From: Candidatus Darwinibacter acetoxidans
Lineage (GTDB): Bacteria > Bacillota > Limnochordia > Darwinibacteriales > Darwinibacteriaceae
DNA length: 59,278 nucleotides
Assembly (NCBI GenBank): GCA_041936745.1
Contig: JBHGWS010000140.1
Span: 1 to 59,278, forward strand
Direction of reading: 5' to 3'
The notes under the pieces are model-generated. The model saw nothing but the letters and a program-made list of their open reading frames with translations. It was not told the DNA's origin and searched no databases. Position numbers and translations under genes: made by a program. Each line of letters begins with the position of its first letter. The first letter of the stretch is position 1. Below, piece after piece: positions 36,103 through 44,435 of this stretch.

Positions 36103-38160
36103 TTAAGGTAGAATAGTAATTTCTTTTTCGACAACAGAAAAGCTGACGGCCTGCCCATCTTTATCCCAAACTTGCGCCCGTTCGCCGGCAATCCGAGCGG
36201 TACCGGGGCTTTTGGCCCGGAAATCGATTTTCATAAGTGTGCCGTAAGAAAGGCCCAAGTAGTTTTCAAACCCCCGATCCCCCCGGGCGGCCGTAATTTT
36301 ACCGGAGGCATTATCAATTTTCGGCATCTGCCACGGAAAAAGCTGAGGAGGGCGCACACTATCGTCAACAAAGAGTGTGCCTATGCTGATATCCAAAATA
36401 TCCAGTTCGATTTCCAAAAGATCCGGATCAAAGGTCAAATCCAACTCCGCTGCCACAAATTCTTTGATATTGGTTGCCCAAACTTCCACGGAAAAAATGT
36501 CGCCAACCTTAACCGGTTCTTTCTCGGGCCCTTTCAGCCAGATCTTGGGCTTTAACTCCGGCAGGTAAATTGAGTTGGCGCGGGCCGCACTGTCTGACTG
36601 AAACTTCACCTCTAAAGAGTAGTAAAGTTGGAGCATTTCAGCAATTTCGCTTTCCAAAATCTCCCCGGTGGGCACAAGAAGCCAGGTAAATTCCGCTTCC
36701 TCGCCCGGTTCGATGGGCCAGAGGAATTTCCTGGCTCTTTGGCCCGGACCCAAGCGTAAGCCAATGGGGTGTGTCAGCTCCGTGACAACTCCGTAAGCTG
36801 TCGCCCCTCCCTCATTTTTTATGGTCCCTTTTACCTCGAAAAAGGGTGGATGATACTTTTCGTCTTTGATGCCCAAAGCAACAGGGCCCTCTAACCCGGG
36901 CGGGCTCAACTTTGCCGGGCTGACGATTGATACATCGCGCGTTACCTTCGAAGGCTCGCTGTTTGTTGCGGAAACAATAACTTCGTAAGTTAGGCTGCCG
37001 GCAATCCTGCTGTCCGCTAAAAGCTGCCAGCCGGTTTGAATCGTCTCGCCTACTTCTAAATTGCCTAAAGCTTTGATGGCATCTTCGGCGCTGCCTACGA
37101 GTTTTAAGCCGGGCGGCAGTTTAATCTCGGCCTGCACATCCATGGCTTTACCCGACCCATCATTTTCAATATAAGCGATGACGGGGAAAGTCTGGAAACC
37201 TTCTGCATCGGCCGTGATTTGGTATTGTGCCGTTACGCCCAAAATCAAATCACCCGAAGTGATCGTCACCCCGCCTAAGCCGTAGTAAGAGACATAACTG
37301 CGGGACTCGCCGGGCGCTAAGGCTTTTTGATTCCAAAAAAGAGCAATGGCGCTGTCCAGTTCAAACTCGCCTTTGCGCTTGAAATCGCGGTAAGGCTCAA
37401 AATCGAATTCCCACAGATCATCAGCCAAGCTGCCCCAGTTCGTAAAATAAACTCTGTCGGGGACAGTTATATCCGGGCCTTTTAAGGTCCCCTGCGAAAT
37501 TACTTGGGGATTACTGATAGAATCGAAGGCCTGCCAAAATTCGGGCATTTCATAGGAATAAAAAACAGTGTCGGTAAAAATCTCCCGCTCCATGGCCCGA
37601 AAGGGTGCACCGTCATTAGAACCGAGCATGGTATCGAGCATCAGCCTTAGGCCCACCATGTGGGAGACTTCGTCCGTATTTTTCACCTGGTATTCAATGC
37701 GGGCCGTATCCATCAGGCCCGTTGTTGAGCTGCGGGCAAAATGTAAAATCTGCCAAACTTCCACAGGTCCCAGCTGCCAGGCACTTTGAATGGTGTTATC
37801 TACAACTGTGGGCTCTTGGATAACCCGGCCGTACTCGCCTGCCCTGCCTGCCCTGCGGTCCGTTTCACCGCCAAAAACCCAGTTTTTATTACCGATCCTA
37901 ACCGTCGTGTAGGATGTCCAAGGGTTGTCGCCCCCGTAGATTAAATGCTTGTTGTGGTCTGTGTCCCTCTGGGGATCGCCGCCTGTTGTCCGCACGGAAA
38001 AACGGCCCGCATTCGGCCCGGAATCGTTAACCACAATGCGGATGTACTCGTTTTCCAAGGAAACCGGCGGGCCTATTTCGGCAGAAGATGCCGCGCCGGC
38101 TAAAAGCGTAACTAACAGGCTTAAGAGGGCCGTACAGGCCAAAAGTCTTTTCTTAGGCAT
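36103..38160 (-). CDS. Secreted multi-domain beta protein with Ig-like repeats and a C-terminal cohesin-like domain
   Basis: Signal peptide; two Ig/CARDB-like repeats (I.N.G...A..V...I.LP.GL, G.L..GE....W.L); C-terminal VKVGD.F.V.V.......A....L.FDP..L...G.L..I.F.AK.PG cohesin signature. Confidence 0.72.
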   Translation of the reverse strand: MPKKRLLACTALLSLLVTLLAGAASSAEIGPPVSLENEYIRIVVNDSGPNAGRFSVRTTGGDPQRDTDHNKHLIYGGDNPWTSYTTVRIGNKNWVFGGETDRRAGRAGEYGRVIQEPTVVDNTIQSAWQLGPVEVWQILHFARSSTTGLMDTARIEYQVKNTDEVSHMVGLRLMLDTMLGSNDGAPFRAMEREIFTDTVFYSYEMPEFWQAFDSISNPQVISQGTLKGPDITVPDRVYFTNWGSLADDLWEFDFEPYRDFKRKGEFELDSAIALFWNQKALAPGESRSYVSYYGLGGVTITSGDLILGVTAQYQITADAEGFQTFPVIAYIENDGSGKAMDVQAEIKLPPGLKLVGSAEDAIKALGNLEVGETIQTGWQLLADSRIAGSLTYEVIVSATNSEPSKVTRDVSIVSPAKLSPPGLEGPVALGIKDEKYHPPFFEVKGTIKNEGGATAYGVVTELTHPIGLRLGPGQRARKFLWPIEPGEEAEFTWLLVPTGEILESEIAEMLQLYYSLEVKFQSDSAARANSIYLPELKPKIWLKGPEKEPVKVGDIFSVEVWATNIKEFVAAELDLTFDPDLLEIELDILDISIGTLFVDDSVRPPQLFPWQMPKIDNASGKITAARGDRGFENYLGLSYGTLMKIDFRAKSPGTARIAGERAQVWDKDGQAVSFSVVEKEITILP

Positions 38161-38176
38161 AAATTCGCCAACCTCC

Positions 38177-39112
38177 TTAGGGTGCATCCTGCGGTTTCAT
38201 CAGGCCGTAGCTCACCGAGGGGACAAATTCTTCCCTGGTATACGTATGTTTAACCTCAACCTCATAATCAAAATCGTGTTCCGGCCAGGGCGCCATCTCC
38301 GCTTCGTATTTCGCCTGGGCGTCCAAATCCTCATGGCCGGAAGATTGAGTCGTTATGACCTCCTGCAGCTGTCCTGAGGCGGTAACACGGACTGTAGTGA
38401 TAACCGTCCCTTCTTTTCCTTCGTGTGCTGCATCTTTCGGATATATCGGATTACCGCCACCGGGATATAAGCTGAAGCCGCCGGGTAAAGGTGCCGGTGC
38501 CGGCGGTGCGCTTTCAGCTTCCCCTTCGCCCGACTGAGCCAGGCCGGGAGCATCGGCTTCTCCTTGAGTCCCTTCTCCCGAACCGGTTGTGTCGGCTTGG
38601 CTTGCCGGAGTGCCCGAATCCTCAGCCGCTTCAATCTCTTTATCCTCTTCATCTATTGCCAATTCCGGCCCTGTTTCACTCGTCATCAGTTCCCCTTCCC
38701 CGAAAAGAGGAGGTTGTTCTTCCACCGGCGATTCCTGCACTTCGGGCGGATCCGGCTGTGTCGGTGTTAAAGGCCTGCTCCGCTCCACCTGAGGTTCTTC
38801 AACCGCGGGGATTTCCGCGGGGACGGGCGCTGTGGCCTCTGCCTGTGGTGTTTCCTCTTCAACGGGGCGCGGTTCGGTAACCCGAGGTGCCGCCGTTTGG
38901 GAAAGGCGGTCCGTGATAGGCGAATAACGCTGGCTGACGGACGTTTCCACATGCATTACTTGGATAACACCGCCGCCGGTCATACCCGGGACATCTGAGG
39001 GTGTTAGGAGAGAATGAAAATCCGGGAATGTTAAAAATAAGATGGCATGAAGAACCACAGAGATTAAAATAAATTTATTTAACCTCGGTTCATCACCGTA
39101 AGGGTTGTACAC
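38177..39112 (-). CDS. tonB: TonB/TolA-like energy transducer
   Basis: N-terminal TM with S-x3-H (ISVVLH), long acidic Pro/Glu linker, TonB_C (P.YP..A...G.EGTV...V.V...G.....SSG...LD). Confidence 0.85.
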   Translation of the reverse strand: MYNPYGDEPRLNKFILISVVLHAILFLTFPDFHSLLTPSDVPGMTGGGVIQVMHVETSVSQRYSPITDRLSQTAAPRVTEPRPVEEETPQAEATAPVPAEIPAVEEPQVERSRPLTPTQPDPPEVQESPVEEQPPLFGEGELMTSETGPELAIDEEDKEIEAAEDSGTPASQADTTGSGEGTQGEADAPGLAQSGEGEAESAPPAPAPLPGGFSLYPGGGNPIYPKDAAHEGKEGTVITTVRVTASGQLQEVITTQSSGHEDLDAQAKYEAEMAPWPEHDFDYEVEVKHTYTREEFVPSVSYGLMKPQDAP

Positions 39113-39130
39113 ATAATTCTCTCCTTTCTT

Positions 39131-39535
39131 TTAGGATTCGTGTTCCACAGCTAAACCCAATTTATAGCCGCCGACGCTGCGTACGTGATCAAGCGCCGCA
39201 ATGACGTATTCGTAGCGGACCTCTTTATCTGCTTTAACGATCACAAAAATCTCCGGGTTGACCTCGAGGCGTTCCGCCAGCCGGCTGCGCAGTTCAGCTC
39301 CGGTCATCCTTCTGCCGCCGACGTAGAAGGCACCGGATTTGTCCACGGAAATCTCGAAACTGGTGCTCTGCTGGGGGCTGCCGCTTACCGCTTTCGGCAG
39401 TTCTATGTCCATACCCAGCGGTGTTGTCTTAATTGTTGTGAAGATCATAAAAAATACCAGTAAGAAAAAGACAATGTCGATCATAGGCAGAATATTCGGG
39501 CCGCGGCTTTTTTTGCTTACCCGCTTTAAATTCAT
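39131..39535 (-). CDS. exbD: ExbD/TolR family protein
   Basis: NILPMIDIVFFLLVFFMI (conserved Asp), LPKA and ADKEVRY motifs. Confidence 0.92.
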   Translation of the reverse strand: MNLKRVSKKSRGPNILPMIDIVFFLLVFFMIFTTIKTTPLGMDIELPKAVSGSPQQSTSFEISVDKSGAFYVGGRRMTGAELRSRLAERLEVNPEIFVIVKADKEVRYEYVIAALDHVRSVGGYKLGLAVEHES

Positions 39536-40149
39536 TAGAATTCACCTCTGGAATCAAGGACGTTCAAAAGCTCCGTGCCCTGTTTGTTCATGTCGGCTAT
39601 TTGGCGGTCGATGATGCCGCTTAAATAGGCGTGAAGCGCCATGGTGGGAATGGCGATAATCAGCCCGGCAGCGGTGGTTATCAAAGCCTCCGCAATACCG
39701 GCACTGAGGGCCGATGCCTGTGCCACGCCTTCCAAGGCGGCCATGATGTTAAAACTTTTAATAATGCCTGTTACTGTGCCTAAAATTCCCAACAAAGGAG
39801 AAATCATGGCTACGGTGTCCAAGACATTCATCCTTCGTTCCATTTTGTAAATTTCTGCTTGGCCGACAGTATTCATGTGTTCTTTAATTTCTTCCCTATC
39901 TCTGTCATAATAGGCGATGCCTGCAGCCAAAGTTGCAGCCAGCGGGCCCCTTGCCTTTTTGGCAATCTGCATGGCTTCAAGCACTTTGCCCTGGCCTAAA
40001 GAAAGTTTGATGTCTTCTACCAGATCCTCTGCGTCAGCTCTGGAACGCAGCAGGTACCAGAGCCTTTCTACACCGACCGCAACGGCAAAGATAGAACAAA
40101 GAAGTAAAGGAATCATTACTGGACCACCAAGTACGAAAACTTCGAGCAT
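39535..40149 (-). CDS. exbB: ExbB/TolQ/MotA proton channel protein
   Basis: GGPVM.PL...ER, PLLGILGTV.GII and GIAEALITTAAGL..AIP motifs; GGAGGGG RBS before ATG 40149. Confidence 0.93.
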   Translation of the reverse strand: MLEVFVLGGPVMIPLLLCSIFAVAVGVERLWYLLRSRADAEDLVEDIKLSLGQGKVLEAMQIAKKARGPLAATLAAGIAYYDRDREEIKEHMNTVGQAEIYKMERRMNVLDTVAMISPLLGILGTVTGIIKSFNIMAALEGVAQASALSAGIAEALITTAAGLIIAIPTMALHAYLSGIIDRQIADMNKQGTELLNVLDSRGEF

Positions 40150-40196
40150 CGATACCCCTCCAATTAGCTTAGCTGATAGAAATATGCCTTGTACAG

Positions 40197-40221
40197 ATTC
40201 GACATAGTACCCCGGAATCCT
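40197..40221 (-). promoter_or_regulatory. Sigma-H-like promoter with an overlapping Spo0A box
   Basis: Minus strand AAGGATTCCGGGGTACTATGTCGAAT = AGGA-17-GAAT; TGTCGAA (40204-40198) is a perfect 0A box. Confidence 0.6.
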
Positions 40222-40280
40222 TGCTCCCAGATATACTTTACATTGATATGGTTCGTGAGAAAAAGGGGCTTTTTGGGGAG

Positions 40281-40312
40281 AAAGAAAAAAGAACCGCAGA
40301 ATCTGCGGTTCT
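40281..40312 (-). terminator. Terminator after the GNAT gene
   Basis: AGAACCGCAG..CTGCGGTTCT hairpin plus a T tract on the minus strand. Confidence 0.75.
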
Positions 40313-40757
40313 AGACTACTTTTTTGTTTTCCCCCGGCCTGGTCAAGAATTCTTCTTTCGTGATCCCCATTAAATAAATAACCTTTTCTCCGCCGCCTGC
40401 CACTTTTCGCTGCAGGCGCCACTCCTTTTTAAAGCCTGCTTTTTTGTAACAGCGCAGGGCGGGGAAGTTAGTGGCGTAAACCCTCAGATAGACGCGGTTG
40501 AGGTTCATTTTTGTGAAGGCATGCTCTAAAAGTGTAAGCACGGCATCGGTCCCATAACCTTTGTTTTGCAGCCCGGCTTTAGGAATTTCAATCTTTAATT
40601 CGGCCTCGCCGCTCCGCCAAGCGATATGGTCTAATTCTATTTCCCCGATCGGTTTGTCCTCCAAAAGAACATCGTAGTGGACCCGGTAGCGGTGTGGCTT
40701 TGTGGCTTTTAACGCAATTTTCGCTCCCCTGATTAAAGACATTTCTCCAACTCCCAT
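40311..40757 (-). CDS. GNAT (RimJ/RimL-like) N-acetyltransferase
   Basis: QNKGYGTDA, F..MNLNRV.L.V...N..A.RCY.K.GF..E motifs. Confidence 0.85.
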   Translation of the reverse strand: MGVGEMSLIRGAKIALKATKPHRYRVHYDVLLEDKPIGEIELDHIAWRSGEAELKIEIPKAGLQNKGYGTDAVLTLLEHAFTKMNLNRVYLRVYATNFPALRCYKKAGFKKEWRLQRKVAGGGEKVIYLMGITKEEFLTRPGENKKVV

Positions 40758-40845
40758 AAAATTGAAATTAGCGACTTCAAGGCGTTTGAGAGATTCGTTA
40801 AATATGTTCTGGGGATAAGGGCCTAAGCCTGCAGGGAAATAAATC

Positions 40846-41658
40846 CTATCGCCGCCGGGCTAACCGATCGACCCAGCTTTGGGGGATTGTAAATTTACCC
40901 AAGAAGACCTCATCTTTGCCGCCCGGCCCGTGGCAGTCGGAACCGCCTGTCGGCGTCAGCTGCCATTGAGCCGCCAACTGCAGGAAAAAGTCCACCTGTT
41001 TTTGATCGTGGCTGGAGTGGACTACCTCCAGGCCGGCCAGGCCGGCATCAACTAAGGCGGGTAAAACCGCCAGGTCTTTGATTAAGCCCGGATGGGCTAA
41101 CACGGGTACGCCGTTTGCCTTTAAAATGCTTTTTACTGCCTGCGCGGGGTTTAGCTTATGCCTGGCTACATAAGCGGGGGCCTGCGGCGCTAGGTACTTT
41201 TCAAATGCCTCCTTCTTAGTCTGCACATATCCTCTGCTTTCTAGAGCAGAAGCGATATGGCTGCGGCTGACCACTCTTCCGTGGCCGAACTGCTCTACAT
41301 CGCCGTAAGAAATCCAAAGGCCCAGGTTATTCAATTTTTCCACGATTGACTCCGCCCGGGTAATCCGGTCACGGCGGGATTTTTCCAAAAGTTCTTGTAA
41401 GCCGGCATTGTTTTCATCGATCCAATAACCGAGAATGTGGATCTCTTCTCCTTGGGCGGAAAGGGTACTCAGCTCAATCCCGCTGATTACTTCCAACCCG
41501 GCAGGGGCATGTTTTTTGGCCTCGGCGATGCCTTGGGTAGTGTCGTGGTCCGTGATGGCAATTATCCTCAAAGAGTGTTCAAAAGCTTTTTGGACAACTT
41601 CTTTAGGTGTCCAAGTACCATCTGATTCTGTAGTGTGCAGATGTAGATCGGCTGCCAA
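40846..41658 (-). CDS. PHP-domain metal-dependent phosphoesterase (TrpH/YciV-like)
   Basis: DLHLHT..SDG, AITDHD, GIELS, HILGY, LAHP and GGSDCHG motifs. Confidence 0.92.
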   Translation of the reverse strand: MAADLHLHTTESDGTWTPKEVVQKAFEHSLRIIAITDHDTTQGIAEAKKHAPAGLEVISGIELSTLSAQGEEIHILGYWIDENNAGLQELLEKSRRDRITRAESIVEKLNNLGLWISYGDVEQFGHGRVVSRSHIASALESRGYVQTKKEAFEKYLAPQAPAYVARHKLNPAQAVKSILKANGVPVLAHPGLIKDLAVLPALVDAGLAGLEVVHSSHDQKQVDFFLQLAAQWQLTPTGGSDCHGPGGKDEVFLGKFTIPQSWVDRLARRR

Positions 41659-41671
41659 AATACCACCTTCT

Positions 41672-42367
41672 TTAAAGTTCAAAGCGCAGTTGGCGGACAA
41701 TACGGGCTTCGATGCGGGAAACCTGCGCTTGGGAAATACCCAGCGTTTTGGCCACTTCCACTTGGCTTTTCTCCGCAAAGTACCTGAGTAAAATCAGCCG
41801 CCTGTCTTCCGCCGCCAGTTTTTGCAGGGCCTGTTTTAATAAAAAGCGCTCTTGATCGGGATTGACTGCCAAGAGTTCTTGGAATTCCGGACGTTCTTCT
41901 TCGCCGGCAACCTTTTCCTGCAGATAAAATACGGGAGCGACTGCCTCCAGGGCCGTCACCACCTCTTCTGCGGCGATCTGCAAATGTTCCGCCAGCTCCG
42001 AAATAGTGGGGGCCCTGCCCCACTTTTGCGTCAGCTGATCTTTGGCGCTGATTATTTCAGAAGCCAGCCTCCGCAAAGACCGGGCCACTTTGACGGGGGA
42101 AGTTTTGCGCAGCTGCTGTTTGATTTCCCCCATAATTTTAGGCACGGCGTAAGTTGAAAAACGGACATCGTAGCTTAAATCAAAATCCTTAATTGCCTTA
42201 ACCAGCCCTAAGCTGCCTATTTGAACTAAATCCTCGTATTCTATGCCTCTGTTTAAAAACCGCCTGACGATACTGAAAACCAAGGGGAGGTTTTCTTCTA
42301 CAAGGCGGTTTAAAGCTTTCCCATCACCTGCTTGCGAGCGGGCAATCAGCTTTCTGGTTTTATCCAT
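41672..42367 (-). CDS. sigF: Sporulation sigma factor F
   Basis: EDL.QIG.LGL.KAI..FD..Y.VRFSTYAVP.I.GEI and SQ.QVSR motifs; follows spoIIAA-AB. Confidence 0.93.
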   Translation of the reverse strand: MDKTRKLIARSQAGDGKALNRLVEENLPLVFSIVRRFLNRGIEYEDLVQIGSLGLVKAIKDFDLSYDVRFSTYAVPKIMGEIKQQLRKTSPVKVARSLRRLASEIISAKDQLTQKWGRAPTISELAEHLQIAAEEVVTALEAVAPVFYLQEKVAGEEERPEFQELLAVNPDQERFLLKQALQKLAAEDRRLILLRYFAEKSQVEVAKTLGISQAQVSRIEARIVRQLRFEL

Positions 42368-42375
42368 GGCTGCAC

Positions 42376-42807
42376 CTAACTTTCCCGCCGCTTGACCTTT
42401 TTTATCATTTTCACTTTTGTACCTTCATTTGGTGTGGATGAGACCAAGACTTTATCCATGTATTCGAACATAAAGGTGAAACCTAACCCCATCCGCTCTT
42501 CGGGTAGGCTGCTGTAACCCGTTTCCTGCGCCTTTTCAATATCTTTAATGCCCCGGCCGAAGTCTTCCACAATTATTTCCAAAACTTCGCCGGCAGAAGA
42601 TGCGGAAACTTGAATAGTGCCTTCTTTTAAACTGTAACCATGAATGACCGAATTAGAAACAGCCTCGGAGACGGCCACTTTAATATCTTCCAGTTCATCC
42701 AGCGTCCAATCGAGCTGTGCAGCAAAAACCGCAACAGATGTCCGGGCGAAAGCCACGTTGCGCGTATCAGCGGGAAACTCCAGTTTGATCCAATTTGTCC
42801 CTGCCAT
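42376..42807 (-). CDS. spoIIAB: Anti-sigma-F factor SpoIIAB
   Basis: N..FAR, D.K.AVSEAV.N..IHGY and ER.G.GF..M motifs. Confidence 0.94.
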   Translation of the reverse strand: MAGTNWIKLEFPADTRNVAFARTSVAVFAAQLDWTLDELEDIKVAVSEAVSNSVIHGYSLKEGTIQVSASSAGEVLEIIVEDFGRGIKDIEKAQETGYSSLPEERMGLGFTFMFEYMDKVLVSSTPNEGTKVKMIKKVKRRES

Positions 42808-42820
42808 TAAAGTCGCCTCC

Positions 42821-43159
42821 TTAGACCCTTTTAAGAATTTCTTGCGTAGAACTGCCAAATTCCGCTATTTTCTCCATACCGGAAAGTTTGAGTATGCGCT
42901 TGATTCGGGGGTTAGCCTGCACAAAGTAAAGGCGGCCGCCCCTGGCTTCCAGTTCCCGGTAGCGCCCCAATATTACTCCCAAACCGGAGCTGTCGATGAA
43001 AGACATTTCTTTGGCGTTAATAATTAAATGTTTCAGCTGGGGCCGGGCAGCGAAAGATCTGGCAACATCCTTTTTGAAAGCAGGCGAAGTATGCAGATCC
43101 AATTCTCCGCTCAGCGTGGCTATGAGTGCTTGTCCCGCTATTTCCAGGCTGTAGTGCAC
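42821..43159 (-). CDS. spoIIAA: Anti-anti-sigma-F factor SpoIIAA
   Basis: STAS domain GELD.H...F.DSSGLGVILGRY. Confidence 0.94.
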   Translation of the reverse strand: MHYSLEIAGQALIATLSGELDLHTSPAFKKDVARSFAARPQLKHLIINAKEMSFIDSSGLGVILGRYRELEARGGRLYFVQANPRIKRILKLSGMEKIAEFGSSTQEILKRV

Positions 43160-43191
43160 GGTTTTCCCTCCCGTTTTGATTTAGGGACACT

Positions 43192-43224
43192 GTTCTAGGC
43201 AGGGCGGCCGTTTACCTGTCGACA
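43192..43224 (-). promoter_or_regulatory. Sigma-H-like spoIIA promoter with a near-0A box
   Basis: Minus strand AGGT-18-GAAC; palindrome TGTCGACA (one mismatch to TGNCGAA) next to the -35; spoIIA is known to be sigma-H/Spo0A dependent. Confidence 0.5.
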
Positions 43225-43241
43225 AAAGGGCCCGAAACTTA

Positions 43242-44387
43242 TCAAAATACTGCTTGGGCCAGTAGGCGCCCCAAGCGGAAGATTAAGACGCTTAACTTGG
43301 CCTTTTTGACAGCCGTCCCGGTTACAATGGCCCCGGCCCCGATTTGTTCGTCGCCGTAAAAGGCCGTAATGGTGCCTACAACCGTGCCTTGACTCAGGGG
43401 TGGGCGTAAGCCGGGCTCGATCTCAACCACCGTTTTCAGATCTACTTCTTTTCCCCGCTCCACTGTTACGTAAAAGTCGTCTTTCAGCACCACATCTCCT
43501 CTCATCGGTTCGCCTGCCGCGCAGTGGAGTGCACCCACAACTGCATCTTTGCCATAAAGCTCTACGCTTTGGTATTTCCGAAAACCGTAATCCAAAAGCG
43601 CCCTTGCATCCGTTTCACGGTCGGCTTCATCTTTATTGCCTAAGGTAACGGCCAACAAACGCAGTTGATCCCTTTTGGCCGTTGCCGCAAGGCAGTAGCC
43701 CGCCTTTGTTGTAAAGCCGGTTTTCAAGCCGTCTACGCCATAGTAGCGGCGTAAAAGGCGGTTGGCATTCCAAAGCACGGGGATCCCGGTGGTTTCCGGC
43801 CGCATGGTGTATTCGTAGGTGGAGACAAACTCCATCAGTTTGGGCACCGTTAAAGCATGCCTGGCTAAAACACCCACATCTTGGGCACTCATTAGATTTT
43901 CTTCCCCGTTTTCCTCCGGCAGGCCGGAAGAATTGTAATACTTGGTTGCGCTTAAACCGAGCTCTTGGGCCCGCTGATTCATTACTGCGACGAACTTTTC
44001 TTCACTGCCCGCTAAAAACTCCGCAACCGCAACGCAGGCATCGTTGGCAGACCCGACTGCAATAGCGAAAAGCATTGTTTCTAAATCAAACTCTTCGCCC
44101 GCTTCCAGCCAAATCCGGGTACCCCGCTTGGAAGCGGCGTAGGGGCTGGCGGTGATGATATCGCTTAAGGCGACTTCCTCCCGCGCTAGAGCCTCCAGGG
44201 CTAAAACTAACGTCATCAGCTTGGAGATGCTGGCAACCGGCAGTTGTTCAGTGCTGTTTTCTGCAAAAAAAATGCGGCCGCTGTAAGGATCCATTAAAAG
44301 AGCGGCTTTTCCCTTCAGCTCCAAGGCAGCCGCCGGGCCTGCCAAAGCAAAAATTACCAAGACAGTAAGCCAAAACCTCACTCGCAC
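43242..44387 (-). CDS. dacF: D-alanyl-D-alanine carboxypeptidase DacF
   Basis: SxxK (ASISK), SAN and KTG motifs; located upstream of spoIIA. Confidence 0.88.
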   Translation of the reverse strand: MRVRFWLTVLVIFALAGPAAALELKGKAALLMDPYSGRIFFAENSTEQLPVASISKLMTLVLALEALAREEVALSDIITASPYAASKRGTRIWLEAGEEFDLETMLFAIAVGSANDACVAVAEFLAGSEEKFVAVMNQRAQELGLSATKYYNSSGLPEENGEENLMSAQDVGVLARHALTVPKLMEFVSTYEYTMRPETTGIPVLWNANRLLRRYYGVDGLKTGFTTKAGYCLAATAKRDQLRLLAVTLGNKDEADRETDARALLDYGFRKYQSVELYGKDAVVGALHCAAGEPMRGDVVLKDDFYVTVERGKEVDLKTVVEIEPGLRPPLSQGTVVGTITAFYGDEQIGAGAIVTGTAVKKAKLSVLIFRLGRLLAQAVF

Positions 44388-44435
44388 TTGAAAATCCCCC
44401 TTCCCTATTAAATAAATATGGGGGACATTTCGCTA

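Noticed and set aside
36103-38160. Cellulosome scaffoldin
   Set aside because: There is only one cohesin-like module, and no CBM3, dockerin or glycoside hydrolase nearby.
38400-38900. Low-complexity Pro/Glu-rich stretch as a repeat element
   Set aside because: It is the TonB periplasmic linker, with no nucleotide-level tandem repeat.
39131-40149. MotA/MotB flagellar stator for the nearby fliM/fliY
   Set aside because: The small subunit is ExbD-type with no OmpA-like peptidoglycan-binding domain, and a TonB gene follows.
40150-40422. Long N-terminal extensions of exbB (also PHP 41659-41778, ferredoxin 54029-54097, yneA 9762-9848)
   Set aside because: They overlap neighbouring genes, promoters or terminators; downstream starts have clear RBSs.
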